From NCBI GenBank assembly GCA_002269645.1, contig NIVC01000029.1, positions 744,001 through 808,000 of the forward strand: a stretch of 64,000 bases of DNA, written 5' to 3'. Shown here piece by piece: positions 35,911-49,300 of the stretch. The number at the start of each line of letters is the position of its first letter. The stretch's first letter is position 1. The notes beneath the pieces were generated by a model. The model made no database searches and had not been told where the DNA came from. It worked only from the letters and a program-made list of their open reading frames with translations. A program made the translations under genes and the position numbers. This DNA comes from Macrostomum lignano (lineage: Eukaryota).

Positions 35911-38900
35911 ATGCAAAGAGCAGCCACTTACTTTGTGACTACGCCAATCTACTATGTAAATGCAGGTAATTCTATTAATTATTTCTTCGGCGGAGCTTTT
36001 TTCGTTATTATTATTAAATTTGTTGAAACTCGTACATCATGACTTTTTATTAAACAATATTACATCATATCACAATAGTCACTATATAATATATTTTAAA
36101 TTATATGTATATCATAATCAGTGTAACAATCACTAATAATAATAATTCAAGTAATCACAAACATAAGCGCCGTAAAAACTTCCGTATATTTAGAACTATT
36201 ACAGTACTTACTAAAAAATCACTACATGATGATACGAGCGTAATCATCACAATAATAACTATAGAAATGATACTTATCTTAATAATCACTATATGCTAAT
36301 GATAATCATCACCATAATCACCAAAACTAATGATAATCATCGCCGTAATCACTATATATTATTGATAATCATCGCAATTGTCACTATATACTAATGATAA
36401 TCATCACAATTATCACTATATACTAATGATAATCATCGCAATTATCACTATATACTATTGATAATCATCACAATTATCACTATATACTAATGATAATCAT
36501 CACAATTATCACTATATACTATTGATAATCATCACAATTATCACTATATACTATTGATAATCATCACAATTATCACTATATACTATTGATAATCATCACA
36601 ATTATCACTATATACTATTGATAATCATCACAATTATCACTATATACTATTGATAATCATCACAATTATCACTATATACTATTGATAATCATCACAATTA
36701 TCACTATATACTATTGATAATCATCACAATTATCACTATATACTATTGATAATCATCACAATTATCACTATATACTAATGATAATCATCACAATTATCAC
36801 TATATACTAATGATAATCATCACAATTATCACTATATACTATTGATAATCATCGCAATTATCACTATATACTATTGATAATCATCGCAATTATCACTGTA
36901 TACTATTGACAATCATCACAATTATCACTATATACTAATGATAATCATCGCAATTATCACTATATACTTTTGATAATCATCACAATAATCACTAAATACT
37001 AATGATAATAATCGCAATAATCATGTACCCTCTACCCCCATCCCCCAGAGCCTCACATCGGCCACCTATTCAGCAGCTGTTTAGCAGACTCGCTGGCCCG
37101 CTACCATCGCCTGTTCAACCGGCCAACCCTGCTGACCACAGGATGTGACGAGCACGGCCAAAAAGTTGAGCAAGCCTCCATTCGATCCGGCTTTCAAAAT
37201 GTTCAACAATTTTGCTCCACTAATTCTAACAAATTTCGTCAATTATTCGACTCAGCTGGGATAGACTATTCGACTGGCGGTTTTTTAAGAACGTCGGAGT
37301 TGCGACATGTCGATTGCGTTTCGTCAGTTTGGAATCGACTATCATCAAGTGGACTGCTGTCTAAAGCCAGTTACGAGGGCTGGTATTCGACCTCGGATGA
37401 GTGCTTTGTCTCTGCCGAGGATTTAGTCAGATCTGAGGATTCTGTCGCCGGAGAGGAGAAGTTCGTAATGCGGGAGACTGGCCAACCCGTTGAGCTGTGC
37501 TCAGAAGTTAATTGGCTACTGAGAATGAATGACCTGAAAAGTGAGGTTAGAAAATATCTCACTTCAGGACGGGTTGTTGTGCCGGATAAGTAAGTGTGAG
37601 ATTCCGAATCTAAACCCTAACCTAAATCATATGCAATTTGTATCTAAACTCTAACCTAAATCATATGCAATTTGTATCTAAACCCTAACCTAAATCCTAT
37701 GCAATTTGTATCTAAACTCTAACCTAAATCCTATGCAATTTGTATCTAAACTCTAACCTAAATCATATGCAATTTGTATCTAAACCCTAACCTAAATCCT
37801 ATGCAATTTGTATCTAAACTCTAACCTAAATCATATGCAATTTGTATCTAAACTCTAACCTAAATCCTATGCAATTTGTATCTAAACTCTAACCTAAATC
37901 CTATGCAATTTGTATCTAAACTCTAACCTAAATCATATGCAATTTGTATCTAAACTCTAACCTAAATCCTATGCAATTTGTATCTAAACTCTAACCTAAA
38001 TCATATTCAATTTGTATCTAAACTCTAACCTAAATCATATGCAATTTGTATCTAAACTCTAACCTAAATCCTATGTAATTTGTATCTAAACTCTAACCTA
38101 AATCCTATGCAATTTGTATCTAAACTCTAACCTAAATCCTATGCAATTTGTATCTAAACCCTAACCTAAATCCTATGCAATTTGTATCTAAACTCTAACC
38201 TAAATCCTATGCAATTTGTATCTAAACTCTAACCTAAATCCTATGCAATTTGTATCTAAACTCTAACCTAAATCCTATGCAATTTGTATCTAAACTCTAA
38301 CCTAAATCATATTCAATTTGTATCTAAACTCTAACCTAAATCCTATGCAATTTGTATCTAAACTCTAACCTAAATCATATTCAATTTGTATCTAAACTCT
38401 AACCTAAATCATATCCCTTGTAGCTAAACCCTGAACTAAATTCTATCTGCTAGGGCTACACCCTAACCTAAATGCTATCTACCGTACCTAAAACACCATC
38501 TAAGCCCTATCTACACACTGTGGCTAACCTAAAACCCGATCTAATATCTACTGTAGACAACCTAAAACCCAACCAAAACCCTATCTACTGTAGACAACCT
38601 AAAACCTAACCTAAACCCTATCTACTGTAAACAACCTAAAACCCAACCAAAACCCTATCTACTGTAGACAACCTAAAACCCAACCTAAACCCTATCACAG
38701 ATACTCAGAATTGGCACTGCGCCAATTAAACTCAACGCCCGACACTCTGTCGGTCAGTCGACCTACAAGTCGATGCAGCTGGGGTGTCCCGGTGCCCGGA
38801 GACCCCAGCCAGACAGTCTACGTGTGGCTGGACGCCCTGTGCAACTATCTAACCTGCGCCGGCTACCCAAACCACCTGAGAGCCTGGCCTCCAACCGATC

Positions 38901-40547
38901 AAATTGTTGGCAAAGATATCCTCAGATTTCATGCCATAATTTGGCCAGCTATTCTCATTGCGATGGGCCTGCAGCCGCCAAATAGGATTATCTGTCACGG
39001 GCATTGGCTCTGCGATGGTAGAAAAATGTCCAAATCTTTAGGCAATGTTGTCCGACCAGATGAGGACCTGTTCAATCGGTTGAGCAGAGACGGGCTCAGA
39101 TACGCTCTGCTCAGATCCGGACCAGTGACTGGGGAAGATGCGGATTTTCAATTGGCCAGATCCATTCACACGGTGAATGATGAGCTGGTTAATTGTATGG
39201 CTAATCTCGCTTCCAGAGCTTCCAGTCCGAAGGTTGGCAGTTTTCTCTGTGTTTTGTTTGTTATGTTTAATTAAATCTCATTTTAGTACCAGTATTATTC
39301 TTAATCTCACCCTCAATCTCACCGTAGTCTCACCCAAAATCTCACCGTAGTCTCATCCTCAATCTCATCGTAGTTTCACCCTCAATCTCATCGTAGTCTC
39401 ACTCTTGATCTCACCTAGTCTCACCCTCAATCTCACCGTAGTCTCATCACTCACTGTAGTCTCAACCTCAATATCACCGTAGTCTCACCCTAAACCCTAT
39501 CTAATCTCATCGTAGTCTCACTCTTGATCTCACCATAGTCTCGCCCTCAATCTCACCGTAGTCTCACCCTCAATCTCACCGTTGTCTCACTCTTGATCTC
39601 ATCGTAGTCTCACTCTTGATCTCACCATAGTCTCACCCTCAATCTCACCGTAGTCTCACCCTCAATCTCACCGTAGTCTCACCCTCAATCTCACCGTAGT
39701 CTCACCCTCGATCTCACCATAGTCTCACCCTCAATCTCACCGTAGTCTCACCCTCAATCTCACCGTAGTCTCACCCTCAATCTCACCACAGTCTCACCCT
39801 CAATCTCATCGTAGTCTCACCCTCAATCTCACCGTAGTCTCACCCTCAATCTCACCGTAGACTCACCCTCAATCTCACCGTAGTCTCACCCTCAATCTCA
39901 CCGTAGTCTCACCCTCAATCTCACCGTAGTCTCACCCTCAATCTCATCGTAGTCTCACCCTCAATCTCACCGTAGACTCACCCTCAATCTCATCGTAGTC
40001 TCACCCTCAATCTCACCGTAGACTCACCCTCAATCTCATCGTAGTCTCACCCTCAATCTCACCATAGATCCACCGCAGGTCCCTGCCTCCTGTGGAGTCG
40101 CACAAAGACTTACTAAGACACGCGGCCAACCTTAACGAACACCAATTTGTCGAGCAGTTGCTCAACCTATCCGACAGTCTGCACTCCCAATGGTCCGAAG
40201 TTCGAATCCATCACGTAGCCGACAGTCTAGTATCGGTGTGGCGCTCGGCCAACTCTCTATTCGATCGCTGGCGTCCCTGGCAACTGGCCAAATCTGATGA
40301 CGCTGAGTCGATGAGCAAGCTGGACTCACTGTTAATCCTGGTGTTTGCCAGTCTCAGACTCACCGGATTTCATCTCACTCCGCTGTGCCCCACACTGGGC
40401 CATCGGCTGATGTCTGCGTCCGGTGTTGATAAACCGGACACTGTCCGATTTGACAGTCCAATTGACAGCGTCCTGCTCTGTCCGAGACAGCTGGCCGCCC
40501 CGTCCGCCTCACGTAAACATTTAATTGAGAGGCGTGAAGTTTTGTAG
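35911..40547 (+). CDS. MARS2: Methionine--tRNA ligase, mitochondrial/bacterial type, 4 exons, ~535 aa
   Basis: Exons 35911-35965, 37049-37589, 38701-39232, 40068-40547 (1608 nt in frame). Motifs YFVTTPIYYVNAEPHIGH (HIGH), TGCDEHGQK, YEGWYSTSDECF, WGVPVPGDPSQTVYVWLDALCNY, GKDILRFHAIIWP, KMSKSLGN (KMSKS). Confidence 0.92.
36300..37020. repeat. AT-rich minisatellite (tgataatcatcacaattatcactatatactat)
   Basis: Tandem array in MARS2 intron 1. Confidence 0.9.
37610..38695. repeat. 34-bp minisatellite (aaactctaacctaaatcctatgcaatttgtatct) with degenerate 3' units
   Basis: Fills MARS2 intron 2. Confidence 0.92.
39300..40067. repeat. 23-bp minisatellite (tctcaccctcaatctcaccgtag)
   Basis: Fills MARS2 intron 3 up to the acceptor AG. 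Confidence 0.92.
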
Positions 40548-40754
40548 CGGTTTGAAGTTTTCTATATCGTGTTTTACTTGCTTGCTGTACTACTGATTTA
40601 CGAATAATATACTAAGCTGCTTGGCATTGAGCCGAAACTGCGCGTCTTCGTCTTCAATTAATTTCTAATGAATGTCTTTGTATTGACGGTTTCATGATTT
40701 TGATAAGAATTGTGCAACACAAATCTACTGTGTAAAATTTGCAACTTTAACTAA

Positions 40755-41760
40755 CAGCAAAAACAAAAGCAACAACAAAATCCTCCAACAACGAAAGCAA
40801 CAACAAAATCCTACAGCAACAAAAGCAACAACAAAATCCTACAGCCACGAAAGCAACAACAAAATTCTCCAGCAACGAAAGCAACAACAAAATCCTCCAG
40901 CAACGAAAGCAACAACAAAATCCTCCAGCAACAAAATCAACAACAAAAGCAACAACAAAATCCTACAGCCACGAAAGCAACAACAAAATTCTCCAGCAAC
41001 GAAAGCAACAACAAAATTCTCCAGCAACGAAAGCAACAACAAAATTCTCCAGCAACGAAAGCAACAACAAAATCCTCCAGCAACGAAAGCAACAACAAAA
41101 TCCTCCAGCAAGAAAATCAACAACAAAAGCAACAACAAAATCCTACAGCCACGAAAGCAACAACAAAATTCTCCAGCAACGAAAGCAACAACAAAATCCT
41201 CCAGCAACGAAAGCAACAACAAAATCCTCCAGCAACAAAATCAACAACAAAAGCAACAACAAAATCCTACAGCAACGAAAGCAGCAACAAAATCCTCCAG
41301 CAACAAAAGCAACAACAAAATCCTCCAGCAACAAAATCAACAACGAAAGCAACAACAAAATCCTACAGCCACGAAAGCAACAACAAAATCCTCCAGCAAC
41401 GAAAGCAACAACAAAATCCTCCAGCAAGAAAATCAACAACAAAAGCAACAACAAAATCCTACAGCCACGAAAGCAACAACAAAATTCTCCAGCAACGAAA
41501 GCAACAACAAAATCCTCCAGCAACGAAAGCAACAACAAAATCCTCCAGCAACAAAATCAACAACAAAAGCAACAACAAAATCCTACAGCAACGAAAGCAG
41601 CAACAAAATCCTCCAGCAACAAAAGCAACAACAAAATCCTCCAGCAACAAAATCAACAACGAAAGCAACAACAAAATCCTCCAGCAACGAAAGCAACAAC
41701 AAAATCTTACAGCAACGAAAGCAACAACAAAATCCTACAACAATAAAAGTAACAAAGCAC
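40755..41760. repeat. 28-bp A/C-rich minisatellite (gaaagcaacaacaaaatcctccagcaac) with higher-order structure
   Basis: Tandem array ~210 bp after the MARS2 stop codon. Confidence 0.9.
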
Positions 41761-42289
41761 AAGAGCAACAACAAAATTCAACAACCATATAAAAATTGCA
41801 AAACATTTCCGAAAATAGAAGCAAGGAAAAAGCTATGCAATATTATTCATTTTTCTTTATCGCAACACAAACTAGGAGAATTGAATCCCGCATCGAATGA
41901 AATGAATTCTAGAGAATGGATGACACGATGTGACCTCAAACTTCTCAAGCTTGTGTGTCTCATCCGGAACTCAGACTCATAATCGTCTTTCTTGCTGATG
42001 AAAATCTGATATCTAATCGGCTTCCCTTTGGGATCAATTTGGGATGAAATGCGTTTGTTCCCTCTGGTGGCCATTCCGAGTCTTCGTGTGAGCTCGCGGA
42101 TAAATATGAGTTCATACAGTATTAACGTTCTGATAAAACAATAGTTTCGAGAAATATTTTATTGGCCCATGCAACTGGAGCTTAAATGAATGACAGGCAT
42201 TATTGACACTAAAATAGACAGACTAACAATACAATGCGGCTCTCACTGACAAGAAGACAGGCAATACTGGAAGCAGACATACAGAAATG

Positions 42290-42976
42290 CATGGCAGAAC
42301 TAGATGGGCACTAAGGCAGGCGAAGACACTAACACAGGCAGATGGGCAGACAGACATTAGGACAGGCTGGCAGAAAGACAGGTAGACAGCTGCAGACAGA
42401 CAGACAGACATTAGGACAGGCTGGCAGAAAGACAGGTAGACAGCTGCAGACAGACAGACAGACATTAGGACAGGCTGGCAGAAAGACAGGTAGACAGCTG
42501 CAGACAGACAGACAGACATTAAGACAAGCAGACAGACAGACAGGATATTAAGACATAAAGACAGGCAGACAGACAGACAGACACTAAGACAGGCTGGCAG
42601 ACAGACAGACACTAAAACAGGCAGACATTAAGACAGGCTGGCAGACAGACACACTAAGACAGGCTTGCAGACAGACAGACACTAAAACAGGCAGACATTA
42701 AGACAGGCTGGCAGACAGACAGATACTTAAACAGGCAGGCAGACACTAAGACAGGCTGGCAGACAGACAGACACTAAAACAGGCTGGCAGACAGACAGAC
42801 ACTAAAACAGGCTGGCAGAGAGACAGACACTAAAACAGGCAGACATTAAGACAGGCTGGCAGACAGACAGACACTAAAACAGGCTGGCAGAGAGACAGAC
42901 ACTAAAACAGGCAGACATTAAGACAGGCTGGCAGACAGACAGACACTAAGAAAGGCAGACATTAAGACAGGCTGGC

Positions 42977-43011
<35 letters not shown>

Positions 43012-43060
43012 TACTAAGACACTAAGACAGGCTGGCAGACAGGCAGACACTAAGACAGGC

Positions 43061-43091
<31 letters not shown>

Positions 43092-43385
43092 AACTAAGAC
43101 AGGCATGCAGACAGACAGACACTAAGACAGGCAGACATTAAGACAGGCTGGCAGACAGACAGACAGACAGACACTAAGACACTAAGACAGACAGACACTA
43201 AGACAGGCTGGCAGACAGACAGACACTAAGACAGGCTGGCAGACAGACAGACACTAAGACAGGCAGACATTAAGACAGGCTGGCAGACAGACAGACACTA
43301 AGACACTAAGACAGACAGACACTAAGACAGGCTGGCAGACAGACAGACACTAAGACAGGCAGACAGACATAGGACATTAAGACAT
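42290..43385. repeat. (GACA)n-derived composite minisatellite
   Basis: gacagacagacactaagacaggctggca-type units. Confidence 0.88.
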
Positions 43386-43994
43386 GAATACAGGCTGGCA
43401 GGTATCTAGACAGGTAGACACACAGACAGAAAATTTTAAGGTGAGAGAAACTGCAGTTTCAATTGCATTTCAGCAGAGATCGCGCAGCTTCTCTGTGGAG
43501 CTTATATATTTGACAAGAAGAGAGGAAGCCCCTTGCCAGAAATTGCGTCACACTCTGACTTCTGACGTTTTAAAACGGAAAGAGAAAGAGAAGCTCTGTG
43601 AAAAAAGTCGCTGAATTTTATTATACTGTAGCTGGCTAATTTTCTTTTCAAAAAATATATGTGGCAGTCAAGGGGCAGCCTATAGTAGCCATCAAGTATT
43701 TGAATGGCGATTCCGTTATTTCAATAGTTATAGCACGCACTGATGACCTTTCAGACGGGCTGCTCATGAATTATACAATGCGACATTGCCACATGTGGGT
43801 ACCGCACCGGATCCACTGGGGTTAGAATGAGACTTGTCACCTGATAAGTGACTCGTAAATCCTCTTACCTAATCGAAAGTGAGAAAATTCTTTCATTGTT
43901 ATAAATTGAGTCTGATCGGAATTGACTTTGACTGATGCGTTTCACTATCGTTTTTAAGAGCTGAAATTTACAGTCTGGAGCCTAAAATAAGAGC

Positions 43995-45340
43995 CTGCGG
44001 CGCCAAAATGATTTGTCTGTGGCGTCAAAATGAGTGTCTGTGGCGTCAAAATGAGTGCCTGCGGCGCCAAAATGAGTGCCTGCGGCGCCAAAATGAGTGC
44101 CTGCCTGCGGCGCCAAAATGAGTGCCTGCGGCGCCAAAATGAGTGCCTGCCTGCGGCGCCAAAATGAGTGCCTGCAGCGCCAAAACGAGTGCCTGCCTGC
44201 GGCGCCAAAATGAGTGCCTGCCTACGGCGCCAAAATGAGTGCCATCCTGCGGCGCCAAAGTGATTGTCTGTGGTGCCAAAATGAGTGTCTGTGGCGCCAA
44301 AATGAGTGCCTGCGGTGCCAGAATGAGTGCCTGCGGCGCCAAAATGAGTGCCTGCCTGCGGCGCCAAAATGAGTGCCTGCGGCGCCAAAATGAGTGCCTG
44401 CGGTGCCAGAATGATTGTCTGTGGTGCCAAAATGAGTGCCTGCTGTGCCAAAATGAGTGCCTGCGGCGCCAAAATGAGTGGCTGCGGCGCCAAAATGAGT
44501 GGCTGTCTGCGGTGCCAGAATGAGTGGCTGCGGCGCCAAAATGAGTGGCTGTCTGCGGTGCCAGAATGAGTGCCTGCGGCGCCAAAATGAGTGGCTGTCT
44601 GCGGTGCCAGAATGAGTGCCTGCGGCGCCAAAATGAGTGGCTGTCTGCGGTGCCAGAATGAGTGCCTGCGGCGCCAAAATGAGTGGCTGTCTGCGGTGCC
44701 AGAATGAGTGCCTGCGGCGCCAAAATGAGTGGCTGTCTGCGGTGCCAGAATGAGTGCCTGCGGCGCCAAAATGAGTGGCTGTCTGCGGTGCCAGAATGAG
44801 TGGCTGCGGCGCCAAAATGAGTGGCTGTCTGCGGTGCCAGAATGAGTGCCTGCGGCGCCAAAATGAGTGGCTGTCTGCGGTGCCAGAATGAGTGCCTGCG
44901 GCGCCAAAATGAGTGGCTGCGGCGCCAAAATGAGTGGCTGTCTGCGGTGCCAGAATGAGTGGCTGCGGCGCCAAAATGAGTGGCTGTCTGCGGTGCCAGA
45001 ATGAGTGCCTGCGGCGCCAAAATGAGTGGCTGTCTGTGGTGCCAGAATGAGTGCCTGCGGCGCCAAAATGAGTGGCTGTCTGCGGTGCCAGAATGAGTGG
45101 CTGCGGCGCCAAAATGAGTGGCTGTCTGCGGTGCCAGAATGAGTGGCTGCGGCGCCAAAATGAGTGGCTGTCTGCGGTGCCAGAATGAGTGCCTGCGGCG
45201 CCAAAATGAGTGGCTGTCTGCGGTGCCAGAATGAGTGCCTGCGGCGCCAAAATGAGTGGCTGTCTGCGGTGCCAGAATGAGTGCCTGCGGCGCCAAAATG
45301 AGTGGCTGTCTGCGGTGCCAGAATGAGTGCCTGCGGCGCT
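43995..45340. repeat. 21/25-bp GC-rich minisatellite (tgcggcgccaaaatgagtgcc), often as 46-bp dimers
   Basis: Intergenic tandem array. Confidence 0.92.
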
Positions 45341-46294
45341 AGAATGAGCGCAAACAACACCAATTCTCAAAATAATGTACATAAACATGTAGGAATTTTG
45401 CCATATACAATAGAATTTATAGCTTTGTTGTAGTGATTATAATAATAAAATCATAGATCCCAGATCCCAGATTTCCTAACCTTTTCAATCCCACTCCGTG
45501 TACATGTACATGTACTTTTGTATCACAGTGTTGGTTGGCATAAAAACTACCCAAGATCCACAGTTTATACTAATTGACCCCAACTGACCCAACATTATCT
45601 TCAGTAAGAGTTATTATGATTTCAACAATAGACCAACATCCCCACTTATTGGGAATCCGCGATGGCTGCGAACTCCGATGACAGGGTTTTTTTCATCTCT
45701 ACTAATCTGCACTAATAGCAACTAGAAAAGGCATCAATCAAATCACCTGCGACTATAACCCCATTCCTCAGCTACTCTTGTGTGTCTCTCGCCTTGGCTC
45801 TGATGATTAGTTGTCCTAACACAACTGGTTTGAATGATTGACCCCGGGGCAGCTTTGGCCAAAATAGATCAGCATCATCCGCGAGCTTCATCAGATTGGT
45901 AGGTGCACATTCGGCGAGATAGTAAAAGTGCAAGATAGAAAACATTGCATTGGGCAGGTATTGGCAATTGTTGGCACGTGTTACTAATGACCATTACAAT
46001 GCGACCATTAGCAAACTTTTTGTGACAACTCCGGCCATAACTTATAGCTATCAATTTCCCACTTTGACTCTCTGCTTCTATCCATTCTTCTTTTCCATCC
46101 TACCCCCATTGCCATCTCATCCTAATTGTTGGCTCAGTCCTCCCAATGGTCCAGTAGTCCGCATACTGGCACTTCACTTGTTAATGCGGGTTGTTCACCA
46201 ATGTTGCACTTTGTGCTATTCGTTTAATGTGACAGGGCAGCAAAGGTTTGATGTTGCTGCTTCGAAGTAGCAAAATTCCCAGTTCCCTGCTCCT

Positions 46295-47915
46295 AGATTA
46301 TAGATCCCAGATCCTAGATCGTAAATCCCAGCTCCTAGATTCTAGATCCCAGATGCCAGATCCTGGATCCTAGATTCGAGATCCCAGATTCTAGATCGTA
46401 GATCCTGGATCCTAGATTCGAGATCCCAGATTCTAGATCGTAGATCCCAGCTCCTAGATTCTAGATCCCAGATGCCAGATCCTGGATCCTAGATTCGAGA
46501 TCCCAGATTCTAGATCGTAGATCCTGGATCCTAGATTCGAGATCCCAGATCCTAGATCGTAGATCCTAGCTCCTAGATTCTAGATCCCAGATGCCAGATC
46601 CTGGATCCTAGATTCGAGATCCCAGATCCTAGATCGTAGATCCCAGATCCTAGATTCTAGATCCCAGATGCCAGATCCTGGATCCTAGATTCTAGATCCC
46701 AGATTCTAGATCGTAGATCCTGGATCCTAGATTCGAGATCCCAGATTCTAGATCGTAGATCCTGGATCCTAGATTCGAGATCCCAGATTCTAGATCGTAG
46801 ATCCTGGATCCTAGATTCGAGATCCCAGATCCTAGCTCCTAGATTCTAGATCCCAGATGCCAGATCCTGGATCCTAGATTCGAGATCCCAGATTCTAGAT
46901 CGTAGATCGTGGATCCTAGATTCGAGATCCCAGATTCTAGATCGTAGATCCTGGATCCTAGATTCGAGATCCCAGATTCTAGATCGTAGATCCTGGATCC
47001 TAGATTCGAGATCCCAGATCCTAGCTCCTAGATTCTAGATCCCAGATGTCAGATCCTGGATCCTAGATTCGAGATCCCAGATCCTAGATCGTAGATCCCA
47101 GCTCCTAGATTCTAGATCCCAGATGCCAGATCCTGGATCCTAGATTCGAGATCCCAGATCCTAGATCCTAGATCCCAGATCCTAGATACTAGATCCCAGA
47201 TGCCAGATCCTGGATCCTAAATTCTAGATAAAAAATCCTAGATTCTAGATCCCAGATCCTAAATTTTAGATCCCAGATCCCCGATCCCAGATCTCAGACC
47301 CTAGATTCTAGATTTCAAATTCTAAACCCCAGATCTTCAGACCCTAGATCCTAGATCCTATATGCTAGATCCCAGATCCCCGATCCTAGATCCCAGATCC
47401 CCGATCCTAGATCCCAGATCTTCAGAACCTAGATCCCAGATCCTATATACTAGATCCCAGGTCCCCGATCCTAGATCCCAGAAGATCCTACTAGATCCCA
47501 GATCCCCGATCCTAGATCCCAGATCTTCAGAACCTAGATCCCAGATCCTATATACTAGATCCCAGGTCCCCGATCCTAGATCCCAGAAGATCCTACTAGA
47601 TCCCAGATCCTCCTAGATCCCAGATCCTCCTAGATCCCAGATCCTCCTAGATCCCAGATCCTACTAGATCCCAGATCCTCCTAGATCCCAGATCCTCCTA
47701 GATCCCAGATCCTCCTAGATCCCAGATCCTAGATTCTGATTCCCAGATCCTCCTAGATCCCAGATCCTAGATTCTGATTCCCAGACTCTCCTAGATCCCA
47801 GATCCTAGATTCTGATTCCCAGATCCTCCTAGATCCCAGATCCTAGATTCTGATTCCCAGATCCTCCTAGATCCCAGATCCTACTAGATCCCAGATCCTT
47901 CTAGACCCATATTCT
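46295..47915. repeat. AGATCC/CTAGAT 7-mer-derived satellite
   Basis: tagatcc/cagatcc sub-units arranged in longer blocks. Confidence 0.9.
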
Positions 47916-48669
47916 TTTAGACCCGAGATTTAGGTTCTTTATTGTCTTTTTTCATATTAAAAAGTAACATTGAGATTGATTTTCAGTTGGCTTTAGAAAA
48001 CTCGGGTTATAACAATTTTTTGTGCCTGTGTCAGACAGGTTTTTGATTTTTGTCTTTATAAAAACACAGTGACTCTTGCTACGGTGGTTTCTTAGGCGCA
48101 TTGAATAGCAGGATAATTTGCATCTACCTCGACGGGCTGTATATGCTACATTTGTACTAAAGTCTAACCTTATATTCAAGCGCTCTGACTGCGAAGGCAG
48201 CTACACGCTTTCAATCAGAGGCGTATTGTGTGTGCCACTTGTCCCTAACATGGAAGCAGCTATAGCCTTCACCTGTTGAGTGGATTGAGGCAAACAACTT
48301 TGCCCCGAAGCTAAATTTAAGTATCATATATAAAAGTCTGCGAGCGTATCTTCTAGAAGAACTGTCTGTTTCTTCCTGTTTCTGTTCTGCTTTTAATAGA
48401 CAAGCAAGACAATTGTGACCTTGCACTGGATTTTCTCCGTGTTCTTTTGAAGCTGTTTTGCTACCAAATTGGTGCACGCGTGTGTTTTGGACTTATATCT
48501 GGACCCAATGCTAAATGCTGGTCAACATAGTCACCAAGTTTGGTTTTAATTTTCTGTTGGGGAACAGAAATGGACAGTTAATTAGTTACATATTGATTGG
48601 ATAAGTCCGCTTCCTCTTGCACTGCTTGAATGGCATTAGAGACCGTTAGAAGTACAGAGGAGAAAGGAG

Positions 48670-49300
48670 AAATGGAGACAGAGAGGATTAGAAAGGGGAG
48701 AGATAAGAATAGAGGGGAGAGATGAGAGGAAATGGGGAGAGATGATGATAGAGAGGAGAGAGATGGGATTAGAGAGAGTCAGAGGGGAGAGACGGGATTA
48801 GAGAAACTCTGAGGGGAGAGATGGGATTAGAGAGACTCTGAGGGGATTAGAGAGGGGAGAGATGGGATTAGAGAGGGGAGAGATGAGATAGGATTAGAGA
48901 GGAGAGAGATGGAAATAGAGAGAATTGTTGAGAATAGAGAGGAGAGAGATGGGATTAGAGAGGGGAGAGATGAGTTTAAAGGAGAGAGATGGGATTAGAG
49001 AGGGGAGAGATGAGTTTAGAGGAGAGAGATGGGATTAGAGAGGGGAGAGATGAGTTTAGAGGAGAGAGATGGGATTAGAGAGGGGAGAGATGAGTTTAGA
49101 GGAGAGAGATGGGATTAGAGAGGGGAGAGATGAGTTTAGAGGAGAGAGATGGGATTAGAGAGGGGAGAGATGAGTTTAGAGGAGAGAGATGGGATTAGAG
49201 AGGGGAGAGATGAGTTTAGAGGGGAGAAGAGAGATGGGAATAGAGAGGGAAGATGAGTTTAGAGAGATGGGAGAGATGGGATTAGAGAGGAGAGAGTGGG
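48670..49300. repeat. 40-bp purine-rich minisatellite (gagaggggagagatgagtttagaggagagagatgggatta)
   Basis: Tandem array upstream of the Ig gene. Confidence 0.85.

Noticed and set aside
43954-45388. 388-469-aa minus-strand ORFs
   Set aside because: Pure 21/25-bp satellite translation with no unique coding sequence or splice context.
45600-45950. Minus-strand VIVAGDL, like a LINE endonuclease motif
   Set aside because: Single short motif among several stops; no other endonuclease or RT motifs seen.
48109-48280. Peptide EGSYTLSIRGV resembling an Ig strand upstream of the Ig gene
   Set aside because: No flanking Ig Cys/Trp pattern or compatible splice sites; likely chance.
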